NCBI GenBank assembly: GCA_963716255.1
Contig: OY970303.1
Span: forward strand, 8,064,001-8,128,000
Source of the DNA: an uncultured Gemmatimonadales bacterium
GTDB taxonomy: Bacteria; Gemmatimonadota; Gemmatimonadetes; Longimicrobiales; Longimicrobiaceae
Direction of reading: 5' to 3'
Length of the DNA stretch: 64,000 nucleotides
Shown here: positions 38,592-53,002 of the stretch, piece by piece
Layout: each line of letters starts with the position of its first letter
Position numbering within the stretch: the stretch's first letter is position 1
Program-made: the position numbers and the translations under genes
The notes under the pieces: model-generated
Seen by the model: only the letters and a program-made list of their open reading frames with translations
Databases searched by the model: none
Told to the model about the DNA's origin: nothing

Positions 38592-38990
38592 ATGCGGCCC
38601 GAGGAGCGTGATCCGGCGCACCTGTACGACATGCTCCAGGCCTCTCGCCGGATCCTTCGCTACGCCGATGGGGCGAGCCTCGAGGACGTGCGCGGGAACG
38701 AGGTTCTCGCGGACGCCATCATCCATCGGCTCACCGTGCTGGGCCGGGCGGCGGCTCTGATCTCGCCCTCGCTGCAGGCGCGGGACACCGACATTCCCTG
38801 GGAGCGGATCGGCGAATTGCACTCGCTCGCCCTCCACCCGACCAGCAGCGACCTCGTCGACTTCGCCTGGAAAACGGCCACGGAGGACATCCCCCGGCTG
38901 GTGCCGCGCCTGGAGGCCCTGCTTACGCCCGGACTCGACGGCGCCTCGGGGGCATTCGAAACCGCATCAAGCGAGTCGGGCAAGCCGTGA
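38592..38990 (+). CDS. HepT/DUF86-like HEPN-domain protein with degenerate catalytic motif
   Basis: [15 protein letters not shown]...[14 protein letters not shown]...DIPWERI...[13 protein letters not shown]; alternative ATG 38553. Confidence 0.72.
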   Translation: MRPEERDPAHLYDMLQASRRILRYADGASLEDVRGNEVLADAIIHRLTVLGRAAALISPSLQARDTDIPWERIGELHSLALHPTSSDLVDFAWKTATEDIPRLVPRLEALLTPGLDGASGAFETASSESGKP

Positions 38991-39562
38991 TCCTGGTTAT
39001 CGATAACTACGACAGCTTCACCTGGAATCTGGTGCAGTACCTGGGCGAATTGGGGGCCGATCCGGTCGTGCGGCGCAACGACGAGCTGTCGGTGGACGAG
39101 ATCGAGGCGCTGGCGCCGGAGCGCATCGTGGTGTCGCCGGGACCGTGCACCCCCAGCGAGGCCGGCGTTTCGGTGGAGGTGATCCGGCGATTGGGGCCGT
39201 CCACGCCCATCCTGGGCGTGTGCCTGGGGCACCAGTCCATCGGGGCGGCGTACGGCGGCGAGGTGGTGCGGGCGCGGCGGGTCATGCACGGCAAGACCTC
39301 TCCCATCCGCCACACCGGCGAGGGGATCTTTTCCGGGCTCCCGTCGCCGCTCGTGGTGGCGCGCTACCACTCGCTGGTGATCGAGCCGTCCACGCTCCCG
39401 GCGGAGCTGGAGGTGCTCGCCACCACCGACGAGCCGGGGAGCGAGACCGAGATCCAGGCCGTCCGGCACCGGGAGCACCCGGTGTGGGGCGTGCAGTTCC
39501 ACCCGGAGTCCATCGCCAGCGAGCACGGGCACGACCTCCTCCGCAACTTCCTCGGCCAATGA
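38987..39562 (+). CDS. trpG: Anthranilate/aminodeoxychorismate synthase component II (glutamine amidotransferase)
   Basis: [30 protein letters not shown]; pabA cannot be excluded. Confidence 0.88.
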   Translation: MILVIDNYDSFTWNLVQYLGELGADPVVRRNDELSVDEIEALAPERIVVSPGPCTPSEAGVSVEVIRRLGPSTPILGVCLGHQSIGAAYGGEVVRARRVMHGKTSPIRHTGEGIFSGLPSPLVVARYHSLVIEPSTLPAELEVLATTDEPGSETEIQAVRHREHPVWGVQFHPESIASEHGHDLLRNFLGQ

Positions 39563-41055
39563 CCGCTCCGCGGCTCCGCCTCCTCCTCGCCGCGCTCCTG
39601 GCGCTCGGCGCGCACGCCCTCCCGCTGCGCGCGCAGGACGTGCGGGTGGAGGGGGCCGCGAACAGCCGCGCCGTGCGCATCGCGCGGGAGATCCTCGCGG
39701 CGGGAAATTACCTGCGCATGGACCGCGACACCGTGCTCCCGGCGAGCTTCCGGACCGCGGGCGACCTGGTGGTGGTGGACGCGGAGGTGAGGCTGGAGGG
39801 GACGGTGGAGGGGCGGGTCGCGGTGCTCGGCGGCGTGCTCTTCGTCCGGCCCGGCGCGCGCGTCGTGGGCCCCATCGTCAACCTGGGCGGCGAGGTGTAC
39901 CCCTCCGGCCTGGCTCAGGTGGGCGAGATCGTGGAGGCCGAGCCGGAGCTGGAGGTGGGGGTGGAGTTCGACACGGCGGGCGCGCGCGTCCGCGTCGCCC
40001 TGCCGGAGCGGGGGCCCAGCTTCAAGCCGTTCGGCTTTCGCCTGCCCACCTACGACCGGGTGGACGGGCTGACGCTCACCCTGGCCCCCTCGTTCCTGGT
40101 CACCGGCGACGCGGACGGGCCGCGGGTGGACGGCTGGGTGTCGTACCGCACCGCGCGCGGCTCCCTGGGCGGGGGCGTGGCGGCGGCGGCGCCGCTGGGG
40201 GGCGGGCTGCGGCTGGACGCGCGGGTGGAGCGCGGCACCCTCACCAACGAGCGCTGGGCCCGCGGCGACCTGGCCAACACAGGGGGGGCGCTGGTGTTCG
40301 CCAACGACCTCCGCGACTACTGGGATTCCGACCGCGCCGTGGTGACGCTCTCCCGCCCGCACGCGGAGCCGCTGATCGCGGGAGAGTACGCGTGGGAGCC
40401 GCGCGTGGGCGTCATGGCCATGCGCGACCGCTCGCTGCGCAACCGCGATCCCTGGTCGCTCTTCGGCGACTTCGACCGCGAGAACCCGGCGGTGGACGAG
40501 CTGGAGTGGGCCTCGGCCGTGGCGGGCGCCGGCTTCCGCTGGGTGGGCTCCACCACCGCCTTCACCGGCGACGCCGCGGTGGAGCGGGCGCTCCCGGCGC
40601 TGGACGGCGACGCGGACTTCACGCAGTGGACGGTGGACGGCCTGTGGACCATGCAGGCGCTCTACCTGCACCAGGTCGGCGTCCGCTTCCGCGCCATGGG
40701 CACCCTGGGCGGCGAGCCCGCGCTCCGCCAGCGCCGCACCTTCGTCGGCGGCGTCGCCACGCTCCCCACCTTCGAGACCGCGGCCTTCCGCGGCGACCGC
40801 CTGGCGTACGTGCGCTCCACCTACGCCATCCCGCTCCCCCAGCGCCTCGCCCTCCCCATCGTGGGCCCGCCCTCGCTGCGCTTCACCCACGCCGCCGGGA
40901 TGGCCTGGGCCACCGGCGCCTCCATGCCCGCGTGGGAGCAGAACCTGGGCGCCGGGATCCTGTTCTCGCTGGCGAGCGCCGAGCTGTTCATCGACCCCGC
41001 CGCCGGCGGCTTCGACCCGAAGCTCACGCTGGCGCTGGAGCTGCCGGCGTTCTGA
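39559..41055 (+). CDS. Exported protein: bactofilin-like beta-helix N-terminus plus outer-membrane beta-barrel-like C-terminus
   Basis: Signal peptide; [25 protein letters not shown] repeats; YDRVDGL; amphipathic beta pattern; C-terminal Phe. Confidence 0.65.
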   Translation: MTAPRLRLLLAALLALGAHALPLRAQDVRVEGAANSRAVRIAREILAAGNYLRMDRDTVLPASFRTAGDLVVVDAEVRLEGTVEGRVAVLGGVLFVRPGARVVGPIVNLGGEVYPSGLAQVGEIVEAEPELEVGVEFDTAGARVRVALPERGPSFKPFGFRLPTYDRVDGLTLTLAPSFLVTGDADGPRVDGWVSYRTARGSLGGGVAAAAPLGGGLRLDARVERGTLTNERWARGDLANTGGALVFANDLRDYWDSDRAVVTLSRPHAEPLIAGEYAWEPRVGVMAMRDRSLRNRDPWSLFGDFDRENPAVDELEWASAVAGAGFRWVGSTTAFTGDAAVERALPALDGDADFTQWTVDGLWTMQALYLHQVGVRFRAMGTLGGEPALRQRRTFVGGVATLPTFETAAFRGDRLAYVRSTYAIPLPQRLALPIVGPPSLRFTHAAGMAWATGASMPAWEQNLGAGILFSLASAELFIDPAAGGFDPKLTLALELPAF

Positions 41056-41250
41056 ACGGCAGGGAACAGGGAACAGCCTGCGACGGCACGGCGACCCCCT
41101 CCCCCGGTCCTCCCCATAAAGGGAGAGGGGGGGAACGACACCGCGAGGGGGTGGAGCGCAGCGTGGAGATTCCCCTCCCCCGGAACGGGGGAGGGTGGCG
41201 AGCCTCAAGCGAGCCGGGTGGGGGCCCCCGCGGACGCCAGCGCGATGCCC

Positions 41251-41385
41251 GCGTGAGGGATTTCGGCCCGAAGGGGCGAGTCCGCGCGGCTGTTTGCGCG
41301 GGCTCGACTCCGTTGCAAACGGTAGTATCGTTTGCTACGGAGCCGAAGCCCGACCCCGGCGCCAGCCGGGGGCACGCCCGAACCC
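41251..41385 (+). repeat. Structured intergenic element, core copy 7 (REP-like modules at 41095-41227)
   Basis: Variable stem GCAAACG-GTAGTAT-CGTTTGC. Confidence 0.9.
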
Positions 41386-41431
41386 GCCGTGAGAAACCCC
41401 GCCGTCAGAGCAGTCCAGCCGGCACGCCGTT

Positions 41432-41460
41432 TTGACAAAGCCGACCTCAACGGCTATCTT
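41432..41460 (+). promoter_or_regulatory. sigma70 promoter for the kdsB-pyrG-kds-lpt operon
   Basis: TTGACA-N17-TATCTT. Confidence 0.7.
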
Positions 41461-41471
41461 GCATGGCGTGA

Positions 41472-44807
<3,336 letters not shown>

Positions 44808-44815
<8 letters not shown>

Positions 44816-45380
44816 CCGACCCATGGCGATCGCGCCGGAGGTGGCGCGGCGGATCCGGCTGGTGGTGCTGGACGTGGACGGGGTGATGACCGACGGCGGC
44901 ATCTACCTCGGGGCGACGGACTCCGGCGAGCGCGTGGAATTCAAGCGCTTCGAGATCCAGGACGGGCTGGGGATCCGCCTCCTGCAGGAAGCCGGGATCA
45001 CCTGCGCCGTCGTCACCGGGCGCGAGTCGCACTCGGTGCGGCTGCGCGCGGCGGAGCTGGGGATCGCCGAGTGCCACCAGGACCCCACCGCCGCCAAGCT
45101 GCGCATCGTCCGCGACCTGCTGGAGCGGCTGGGCGTGGGCTGGGAGGAGACGGCGTTCCTGGGCGACGACCTCCCCGACCTCGCCGTCATGCGGCGGGTG
45201 GGGCTCCCCGCCGCGGTGGGCAACGCCGCCCCGGAGGCGCGCGCCTCGGCCCTGTGGCAGGGGGAGCGGCGGGGCGGGCACGGGGCGGTGCGCGAGTTCG
45301 CCGAGGCGCTGCTGGGAGGGCGCGGCGAGTGGGCGGAGCGGGTGGAGGCGTACGTGCGCGACCGCGAGGCCGGACTGTGA
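44808..45380 (+). CDS. kdsC: KDO-8-phosphate phosphatase (HAD)
   Basis: LDVDGVMTDG, GDDLPD, GGHGAVRE; alternative ATG 44823. Confidence 0.93.
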
Positions 45381-46384
45381 GCACAAGCGTCATGGACGCA
45401 GCGGCGGACGGCGGCGCGCTCTCGGTGGCCGAGACGCTGGAGCGCGCGCGGCGGGTGATCCGCATGGAGGCGGAGGCGGTGGCGGCGCTGGAGGGGCGCA
45501 TCGGCGACGCCTTCGCCGGGGCGGTGGAGGCGATCCTCGCCTCGTCCGGGCGGGTGATCGTCTCCGGGATCGGCAAGTCGGGGATCGTGGGGCGCAAGAT
45601 CGCGGCGACGCTCACCTCCACCGGCACGCAGGCCGTCTTCCTCCACCCGGTGGAGGCGCTGCACGGCGACCTGGGAATGGTGGGGAGCGACGACGTGGCG
45701 ATCCTGCTTTCCAAGAGCGGCGAGTCCGAGGAGCTCCACGGACTGCTGGAGTTCCTGGGGCGCAGCGGGGTACGGGTGGTGGCGATGACCGGCCGGGCGG
45801 GCTCGTCGCTGGCCCGGCACGCGGAGTGGGTGCTGGACTGCTCGGTGGCGGAGGAGGCCTGCCCGCACGACCTGGCGCCCACCTGCTCCACCACCGCCGC
45901 GCTCGCCATGGGAGACGCGCTCGCGGTGGCGCTGCTGCTGCGCCGGGGCTTCGGGCGGGACGACTTCGCGCGGCTGCACCCCGGCGGCTCGCTGGGGAAG
46001 AAGCTGCTGCTGCGGGTGCGCGACGTGATGGTGGCGCACGACCTCCCGCTCCTCCGGGCGGACGCCACCATGCGGGAGTGCACCGTGCTCCTGGCCGAGA
46101 AGCGCGGCACCGTGGCGGTGGTGGACGCCGCCGGCGGGCTCCTGGGCGTGGTCACCTCCGGCGACCTCACGCGGCTGATGGAGCGCGAGGAACACTTTTT
46201 TACCATCGTCGTATCTGAAGCGATGACACGGAACCCCAGGACCGCAGAGCCCGACGACCTCGCCGCCGCTGCCGTGGGCGTGATGGAGCGCGCCGGCGTC
46301 ATGGCGCTCCCCGTGGTGGCGGAGGACGGGTGCGTCGTCGGCATGGTGCACCTCCACGACCTGATGCGGGCCGGGGCCGTCTGA
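45377..46384 (+). CDS. kdsD: Arabinose-5-phosphate isomerase (KpsF/GutQ, SIS plus CBS)
   Basis: GIGKSG, EALHGDLG, SKSGES, LAPTCST, HPGGSLG. Confidence 0.95.
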   Translation: MSTSVMDAAADGGALSVAETLERARRVIRMEAEAVAALEGRIGDAFAGAVEAILASSGRVIVSGIGKSGIVGRKIAATLTSTGTQAVFLHPVEALHGDLGMVGSDDVAILLSKSGESEELHGLLEFLGRSGVRVVAMTGRAGSSLARHAEWVLDCSVAEEACPHDLAPTCSTTAALAMGDALAVALLLRRGFGRDDFARLHPGGSLGKKLLLRVRDVMVAHDLPLLRADATMRECTVLLAEKRGTVAVVDAAGGLLGVVTSGDLTRLMEREEHFFTIVVSEAMTRNPRTAEPDDLAAAAVGVMERAGVMALPVVAEDGCVVGMVHLHDLMRAGAV

Positions 46385-46962
46385 TGCCGCGCCTCCTCCG
46401 CTTCCTCCTGGTCCCGGGGCTGGTCCTCCTCGCCGCGTGCGGCAAGGAGGCGGCCGTCCCCACCCAGCAGGACCGGCTGGCGAAGCTGAACGTGGACCAG
46501 GTCATCTACGGCCTGGAGCACGTCATGACCACCGGCGGCGTCCGCAAGGCCAACCTCCACGGCGACACCGCGTACTTCAAGGACGCCGACTCGCGCGTGG
46601 ACCTCAAGGGCGTCAGGCTGGACTTCTTCAACGAGACCACCGGCGCCGGCTCGGGCTCGCTGACCTCCCGGACCGGCAAGTACGACATGCGCACCGGGGC
46701 GATGACCGCCAACGGCAACGCCGTGCTGACCATCCAGGGGGAGAAGGGGCCGCGGGTGATCACCTCCGAAGAGCTCAACTACGACGTGGCCGGCAACCGC
46801 ATCTGGAGCTCCAAGCCCACGGTCATGAAGGAGAACGGAAAGGAAGTGGGGCGGGGGACCAGCTTCGAATCGGACGCCAAGTTCCAGAACCTGACGGTGC
46901 GCAACGCCCAGGGCTCCGGCCCCGCGCCCACCGGCAGCGGCGGCGGACCGGTCCGCTTCTGA
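46384..46962 (+). CDS. lptC: LPS export protein LptC (lipoprotein-type)
   Basis: Lipobox LAAC; beta-jellyroll-like sequence (ITSEELNYD); position between kdsD and lptA/lptB. Confidence 0.82.
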   Translation: MPRLLRFLLVPGLVLLAACGKEAAVPTQQDRLAKLNVDQVIYGLEHVMTTGGVRKANLHGDTAYFKDADSRVDLKGVRLDFFNETTGAGSGSLTSRTGKYDMRTGAMTANGNAVLTIQGEKGPRVITSEELNYDVAGNRIWSSKPTVMKENGKEVGRGTSFESDAKFQNLTVRNAQGSGPAPTGSGGGPVRF

Positions 46963-48500
46963 TGAAGCGCCTCCTTCTCGCGATCGCGCTGTTCCTTCCC
47001 TGCGCCCTCCCCACCGGGGCGGCGGCGCAGGCGGGAACGTGCACGCTGGTGGAAAACCGCCTGCTGAACCGGCAGGACATGGGCGGCTTCGCGATCATCG
47101 CGGTCTCGGGGCCGCTGCGCGTGGAGTGCGAGGGGGGAACCACGCTGCGGGCGGACAGCGCCATGGTCTTCGAGGCCTCCAACGAGGTGCAGCTCTTCGG
47201 CCGGGTGGACTACCGCGACCCCACCCGCACGCTGACGTCCAGCTACGCCACGTACTCGTCGGTCACGGGGCGGCTGTACGCCACCGGCAACGTGGTCTTC
47301 ACCGACGTCGCGCGCGGCTCCACGCTGCGTGGCCCGGAGCTTGAGTATTTCCGCGCCATGGCCGGGAGGCCGCAGGCGCAGGTGATCGCGGGGCAGCGCC
47401 CGCACCTGACGGTGGTGCCCACCGGCAACACCCGGAGCCGCGAGCCGCTGCAGATCGACGGCGACCGCGTCACCACGGTGGGCGAGAACTTCTTCTCCGC
47501 CTCCGGCAACGTGGTGATCCACCGGAGCGACCTGGACGCCAGCGCCGCCGAGGCCACCCACGACGGCACGGCCCAGACGCTGAACCTGCGCGGCGACGCC
47601 AGGATCAGCGGCGAGCGCTTCGACCTTTCGGGGGAGACGGTGGACGCCACCCTGCCGCAGAACAAGCTCGAGCGCGTCGTCGCCCGGCGGAATGCCGAGC
47701 TGGCCAGCGAGAAGCTGCGGGTGGACGGGCCCGAGATCCAGCTGTTCTTCGCCGACGACCTGCTCCAGCGCCTGGTGACCCGGCGCCTGGGCGGAGTTCC
47801 CACGACGGGAGCGGGGGCGCCCAGCGGCGCGGCGGCCCGGCCGGCCGGCGGCACCGCGGAGGGCGGCGAGGCGCGGCCCCTGGTGGCCGCCACCGGGCTG
47901 GTGCTGGAGGCCGACTCGGTGGAGGCGATCCTCCCCGGGCAGGTGCTGGAGCGGGTGGTCGCCGTGGGCAAGGCGCACGGGGAAACGGTGGACACCGCCG
48001 GGCAGCCGCCCGCCGCCACCGGCCCGCGCGCCCGCATGGCGAAGCAGCCCCGTCCGGCCGAGCCGGGGATCACCCGCGACCGAGACTGGGTGCTGGGCGA
48101 CACCATCACCGGCTTCTTCGCGCGCAAGGACTCCGCGGCCGTCGCCGTGGCGCGCACCGCCGCCCGCGCCGCCGGCGACACCGCCAGCAGCCCGGAGGAC
48201 GAGGTGGAGCTGGAGCGCGTGGTCGCCAAGGGCGCGGCGCGCTCCTTCTACCGCGTCCGCGAGGAGGGGCAGCAGATCGCCGAGCGCCCCGGGATGAACT
48301 ACCTGGTGGCGCGCGAGATCGAGCTGACGCTGGAGGGCGGCGAGCTGGACGTGGCGGACGCCCGCGGGCTGCAGCGCGGCGTCTACCTGGACCCCACCCC
48401 GGTGGGCGCCGCCGGCACGCAGCCCGGCGCCGCACAGCCCGGGACGGCGACGCCGCCCGCCGGGACGCCGGCCACGCCCCCGCCGGGGAGGCGCCCGTGA
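46962..48500 (+). CDS. Long OstA/LptA-like periplasmic LPS transport protein
   Basis: Signal peptide; repeated jellyroll motifs (LRADSA, ATGNVVF, ASGNVVI); upstream of lptB. Confidence 0.75.
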   Translation: MKRLLLAIALFLPCALPTGAAAQAGTCTLVENRLLNRQDMGGFAIIAVSGPLRVECEGGTTLRADSAMVFEASNEVQLFGRVDYRDPTRTLTSSYATYSSVTGRLYATGNVVFTDVARGSTLRGPELEYFRAMAGRPQAQVIAGQRPHLTVVPTGNTRSREPLQIDGDRVTTVGENFFSASGNVVIHRSDLDASAAEATHDGTAQTLNLRGDARISGERFDLSGETVDATLPQNKLERVVARRNAELASEKLRVDGPEIQLFFADDLLQRLVTRRLGGVPTTGAGAPSGAAARPAGGTAEGGEARPLVAATGLVLEADSVEAILPGQVLERVVAVGKAHGETVDTAGQPPAATGPRARMAKQPRPAEPGITRDRDWVLGDTITGFFARKDSAAVAVARTAARAAGDTASSPEDEVELERVVAKGAARSFYRVREEGQQIAERPGMNYLVAREIELTLEGGELDVADARGLQRGVYLDPTPVGAAGTQPGAAQPGTATPPAGTPATPPPGRRP

Positions 48501-49756
48501 GCGGCGAGCCGCGGCTGCTCCCCTTCGTGGAGCAGGCCACCGCCTCCGAGGTGGGCTCGCTGATGGTGCTGAGGGTGCTCCTGGGCGGCGCCGACCCGCG
48601 GGGCGCGCTGCCGTGGGACGCGCTGGCGGAGGAGTTCGCGCGGCTCTACGGCCACGACGGCGACGGAGTCGCCCTCCCCGCCTCCGCGCTGGAAGCGCTG
48701 GCGGGGCGGGGAATCATCGCGCGTCCCGCCGTCTTCGAAGAGGAGTCGGGGCCGGAGGGCCGCTGGAGCGAGGTGCGGCTGAGCCCCCAGGTGCACGGGG
48801 AATTGCTGGAAGCCGAAATGGACGGGGGACTGCCGGAGCTGATCACGCGGATGGACCGGACGATCGGGGAGCACCTGAACGGAAGCGGGGCGCACCCCGC
48901 CGCGCCCGCACCCGCGGAGGAGCCCGCGCTCCCGGGGGAGCCGGCGCCCACCGAGCCCGCGCCCGCCGCCGCGGCGACCTCGCCGCCCGCGGCCGCGGCC
49001 CCCACGCTGCGCGCCTCGGGGCTGGTGAAGAGCTACCGCAAGCGGCGCGTGGTCAACGAGGTGGACGTCCACGTCTCGCAGGGCGAGATCGTGGGGCTGC
49101 TGGGGCCCAACGGGGCGGGGAAGACCACCACCTTCTACATGATGGTGGGGCTGATCTCCCCCGACGCGGGCCGGGTCCACCTGGGCAAGGACGACCTCAC
49201 CCGCACGCCCATGTACCGCCGGGCGCGGCGGGGGATCGGGTACCTGGCGCAGGAGCCCTCCATCTTCCGCAGGCTCACGGTGGAGGAGAACCTCCTCGCC
49301 GTGCTGCAGATGATGGACCTCCCCCGCGCCGAGCAGCGCCGCCGGCTGGAGGAGCTGCTGGACGAGCTGCACATCAAGCACCTGCGCGGCACCCGGGCGT
49401 ACGCGCTCTCCGGCGGAGAGCGGCGGCGCCTGGAGATCACCCGCGCGCTGGTGGGGCGCCCCCGCTTCATGCTCCTGGACGAGCCGTTCGCGGGGGTGGA
49501 CCCCATCGCCGTGCACGACATCCAGCAGATCGTCGCGGACCTGAAGCGCCGGGGCATCGGAGTCCTCATCTCCGACCACAACGTCGAGCAGACGCTGGAC
49601 ATCGTGGACCGCGCCTATATCATGTACGATGGGCGTGTCCGCGTCTCCGGTACGGTATCGGAGCTGGTGTGGAACGAGGAGGTCGCGGAGATCTACCTGG
49701 GTCCCACGCTGACCGCACGAATGAGAGAGCGATACGCCCATCCTGCAAACGGATAA
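48497..49756 (+). CDS. lptB: LPS export ABC ATPase LptB with ~170-aa N-terminal extension
   Basis: [41 protein letters not shown] overlaps the upstream TGA. Confidence 0.93.
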   Translation: MSGEPRLLPFVEQATASEVGSLMVLRVLLGGADPRGALPWDALAEEFARLYGHDGDGVALPASALEALAGRGIIARPAVFEEESGPEGRWSEVRLSPQVHGELLEAEMDGGLPELITRMDRTIGEHLNGSGAHPAAPAPAEEPALPGEPAPTEPAPAAAATSPPAAAAPTLRASGLVKSYRKRRVVNEVDVHVSQGEIVGLLGPNGAGKTTTFYMMVGLISPDAGRVHLGKDDLTRTPMYRRARRGIGYLAQEPSIFRRLTVEENLLAVLQMMDLPRAEQRRRLEELLDELHIKHLRGTRAYALSGGERRRLEITRALVGRPRFMLLDEPFAGVDPIAVHDIQQIVADLKRRGIGVLISDHNVEQTLDIVDRAYIMYDGRVRVSGTVSELVWNEEVAEIYLGPTLTARMRERYAHPANG

Positions 49757-49762
49757 AGCCGC

Positions 49763-51268
49763 ATGAAGACGGGTCTCTACCAGGGTACTGCCCTCAAGCA
49801 GGAGATGAAGATCAACCCTCGCCTCTACCAGGCGATGGATCTCCTGTACATGCCCCTCCTCGACCTTCAGCAGCACCTCAAGCAGGAGCTCCTCAACAAC
49901 CCCTTCCTGGAGATGATGGAGGGCGAGATCGAGGAGCAGCAGGAGGTGGAGAAGGACAAGGAAAAGGACGACGAGGACGAGATCGACTGGGAGGAGATCC
50001 TCCTCAACGGCTTCGAGGCCGGGGGGCGGCGCGAGGAGTACGAGGACCGGGAGTACTACGAGCCCGTCTCCGTGGCCGAGCGCGACCTGGGGGACCACCT
50101 GCACGACCAGCTCACCCTGCTGCGGCTGTCCCCGCGCGAGCTCCTCCTGGGCGAGGAGATCATCGGGAACATCACCGACGAGGGGTACATGGCGTGCCCG
50201 CTGGACGAGGTGACCACCTCGCTCAACGACTTCCTCAAGGAGAGCGGCGCCGACTGGGCCGACAGCCGCGAGGAGCTGCGCCCGTACGCCCAGGAGGAGG
50301 CGGACAGCATGCTCCGCGTCATCCAGGGCTTCGACCCGCCCGGGATCGGCGCGCGCGACCTGCGCGAGTGCATCCTCCTGCAGCTGCGCGACTCCGCGGT
50401 GCAGGAGATCGTGCGGCGGAGCGGCGGCGGCGAGCCGGACGACGAGGAGGTGCGCGCGCAGCTGGGCGCCAACCTGGCGTTCCGCATCGTGGAGGGGTAC
50501 TTCGACCAGCTCATCAACCACCGCTGGTCCGAGATCTCCAAGGAGCTGTCCATCACCCCGCGCGACGTGCAGGACGCCGCGGACGAGGTGGCCAAGCTCG
50601 ATCCCAAGCCGGGGCTCAAGTACTCCAGCGGCGGCGACAACTACATCGTCCCCGACCTGATCGTGGAGAAGATCGACGGCGAGTACCTGGTCTTCCTCAA
50701 CGACACCAGCCTGCCGCGTCTGAAGCTGTCGCGCACCTACCGCGACATCGCCAAGGACAAGAAGAAGTTCGTGGGCGAGAACAAGGAGTTCATCTCCAAC
50801 AAGCTGAACTCCGCCAACTGGATGATCCAGGCCATCGAGCAGCGCCGCCAGACGATGCTCAAGGTCATGAACTTCATCGTGGACCGGCAGCGCGACTTCT
50901 TCGAGCGGGGCGTGCAGTACCTCAAGCCGCTCACCCTGCGCGAGGTGGCCGAGGTCATCGACATGCACGAGTCCACGGTCTCGCGCGTGACCAACGAGAA
51001 GTTCGTGCAGACGCCGCGCGGCGTGTTCCCGCTCAAGTTCTTTTTCTCGTCCGGCCTTTCCACCACCTCGGGCGAGGACGTGTCCGCGCGCGGCATCAAG
51101 GCGCAGATCGAGAAGCTGGTGGGCGACGAGGACCCGGGGCACCCGCTGACCGACCAGGCCATCGTCAACATCCTCAAGGAAGAGGGGATCCAGATCGCCC
51201 GCCGCACGGTGGCCAAGTACCGGGATCAGCTGGGGATCCTTTCCGCGCGGATGCGGAAGCGGGTGTGA
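49763..51268 (+). CDS. rpoN: RNA polymerase sigma-54 factor
   Basis: Region I Gln/Leu-rich, PLTLREVAE, HESTVSR, RpoN box ARRTVAKYR. Confidence 0.97.
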   Translation: MKTGLYQGTALKQEMKINPRLYQAMDLLYMPLLDLQQHLKQELLNNPFLEMMEGEIEEQQEVEKDKEKDDEDEIDWEEILLNGFEAGGRREEYEDREYYEPVSVAERDLGDHLHDQLTLLRLSPRELLLGEEIIGNITDEGYMACPLDEVTTSLNDFLKESGADWADSREELRPYAQEEADSMLRVIQGFDPPGIGARDLRECILLQLRDSAVQEIVRRSGGGEPDDEEVRAQLGANLAFRIVEGYFDQLINHRWSEISKELSITPRDVQDAADEVAKLDPKPGLKYSSGGDNYIVPDLIVEKIDGEYLVFLNDTSLPRLKLSRTYRDIAKDKKKFVGENKEFISNKLNSANWMIQAIEQRRQTMLKVMNFIVDRQRDFFERGVQYLKPLTLREVAEVIDMHESTVSRVTNEKFVQTPRGVFPLKFFFSSGLSTTSGEDVSARGIKAQIEKLVGDEDPGHPLTDQAIVNILKEEGIQIARRTVAKYRDQLGILSARMRKRV

Positions 51269-51292
51269 GGAATCCCGAACCGGCGAACTGCA

Positions 51293-51430
51293 GGGTTGGG
51301 CGTGCCCCCGGCTGGCGCCGGGGTCGGGCTTCGGCTCCGTAGGGCTGCAAACAACGCAGCCCAACGGAGTCGAGACCCGGCGGAAACAGCCCCGCCGGGT
51401 CTCGCCCCTTCGGGCCGTAATCCCTCACGC
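51293..51430 (-). repeat. Structured intergenic element, core copy 8 (module B at 51466-51520; partial duplicate to 51543)
   Basis: Minus-strand stem GGGCTGC-GTTGTTT-GCAGCCC. Confidence 0.9.
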
Positions 51431-51620
51431 AACTGCTTGCCCGTTCTCAGGATCCAGCAGTTGCCCCCTCTCCCAGAATTGGGAGAGGGTGGCGAGCCTC
51501 AAGCGAGCCGGGTGAGGGCCCTTCGGGCCGTAATCCCTCACGCGACTGCCGACGCGGCCTCGGTCTTCCCTCCTTCACACGCGCCCCGATCCGGGGCGAC
51601 CTGCTGCGCCTACCCGTCTG

Positions 51621-52631
51621 ATGCAGACCACAGCCATCGTCGAATCCCCCGCGGCCGCCGTGGACCCGTCCTCCGCGGCGGCGCGTCGCGTGCCGGTCGT
51701 CCCCGAGGCGCTGCGGAGCAACTTCACCGTCCTGGTGCCCGCGTTCGACGAGGTGGACAACGTCGCCGCGCTCTTCGCCGAGCTGCGTGCCACCTTCGCG
51801 CGGCACGGGCTGGAGGGCGAGATCGTGCTGGTGGACGACGGGTCCCGCGACGGCACCTACGAGGCGGCGCTGCGCGAGTCGGCGGGGATGCCGCGGGTCA
51901 AGGTGCTCCGCCACCGCCGCAACCGCGGGAAGACCGAGGCCATGGTCACCGGCGCCTTCGCGGCGGGGACCGAGTACCTGGTGCTCTTCGACGCAGATTT
52001 GCAGCACTCCCCCGAGGAGATCCCGCGCTTCCTGGAAAAGCTGGGCGAGGGGTGGGACATCGTCACCGGGCGGAAAATGGGCGCCTACGAGAAGCGCGCC
52101 GTCAGCTCCGTGTACAACCGCCTTTCGCAGACGCTGTTCGACGTGCCGGTGCGCGACCTCAACTCCATGAAGGCGTTCCGCACCGAGATCCTGCGCGAGG
52201 TGCCGCTGCGGCACGACTGGCACCGCTTCTTCGTCGTCCTGGCGCACGCGCAGGGGTACTCGGTGTCCGAGATCGACATCGAGCTGTTCCCGCGGCGCGC
52301 AGGGGTGGCCAAGTACTCCGGGCGCAGCCGCGTGCTGGTGGGCGTGGGCGACCTGCTGGTGGTGTGGTTCTACCTCAAGTTCAGCGAAAAGCCCATGCAG
52401 TTCTTCGGGGGCACGGGGCTGATCCTGATCGCGGTGGGGCTGCTGGTGGGGCTGGTGGCGGTGGGGCTGCGCGTGGTGGGGTGGATGCCGCCCTTCGGGT
52501 ACCGGCCGCTGCTGACGCTGGTGCTGCTGCTGGAGACGGTGGGGTTCATGCTCTTCGGCTTCGGGTTCATGGCGGAGCTCATCGCCACGCTCCGCTCGGA
52601 GGTGGACGGGCTGCGGCGGGGGCGGGAGTAA
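51621..52631 (+). CDS. Family-2 glycosyltransferase, ArnC/GtrB-like (polyprenyl-phosphate glycosyltransferase)
   Basis: VPAFDE, VDDGSRDG, FDADLQ, HRF, two C-terminal TMs. Confidence 0.88.
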   Translation: MQTTAIVESPAAAVDPSSAAARRVPVVPEALRSNFTVLVPAFDEVDNVAALFAELRATFARHGLEGEIVLVDDGSRDGTYEAALRESAGMPRVKVLRHRRNRGKTEAMVTGAFAAGTEYLVLFDADLQHSPEEIPRFLEKLGEGWDIVTGRKMGAYEKRAVSSVYNRLSQTLFDVPVRDLNSMKAFRTEILREVPLRHDWHRFFVVLAHAQGYSVSEIDIELFPRRAGVAKYSGRSRVLVGVGDLLVVWFYLKFSEKPMQFFGGTGLILIAVGLLVGLVAVGLRVVGWMPPFGYRPLLTLVLLLETVGFMLFGFGFMAELIATLRSEVDGLRRGRE

Positions 52632-52645
52632 GGGATCCGGACGGC

Positions 52646-52795
52646 GGGATCGGGCGTGCCCCCGGCTGGCGCCGGGGTCGGGCTTCGGCTCCGTAGCACA
52701 CGAAACTACCGTGTGCAACGGAGTCGAGCCCGCGCCCGCACCTCTGAACTGAGGTGCCGCGCGGTCTCGCCCCTCCGGGCCGGAATCCCTCACGC
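52646..52795 (-). repeat. Structured intergenic element, core copy 9 (extended second hairpin; interrupted module B to 52915)
   Basis: Minus-strand stem GCACACG-GTAGTTT-CGTGTGC. Confidence 0.9.
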
Positions 52796-52935
52796 AAGCT
52801 CCGACGTGACCGCAAGATCCGAAAGTTGCCCCCTCTCCCGGGATGGCGCTTCACGCTTCGCGTGAACCGGATGAAGGAGCCGGGTGGCGAGCCTCAAGCG
52901 AGCCGGGTGAGGGCCGCCGTCGGCCGCCATACCAC

Positions 52936-52985
52936 GAACGAGGAAGCCCGCGGGACCGTGACCGGTCCCGCGGGCTTCCTCGTTC
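52936..52985. terminator. 23-bp perfect hairpin between convergent genes
   Basis: GAACGAGGAAGCCCGCGGGACCG-TGAC-CGGTCCCGCGGGCTTCCTCGTTC. Confidence 0.7.
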
Positions 52986-53002
52986 TTCGCTTGCAGAGCA
53001 GA

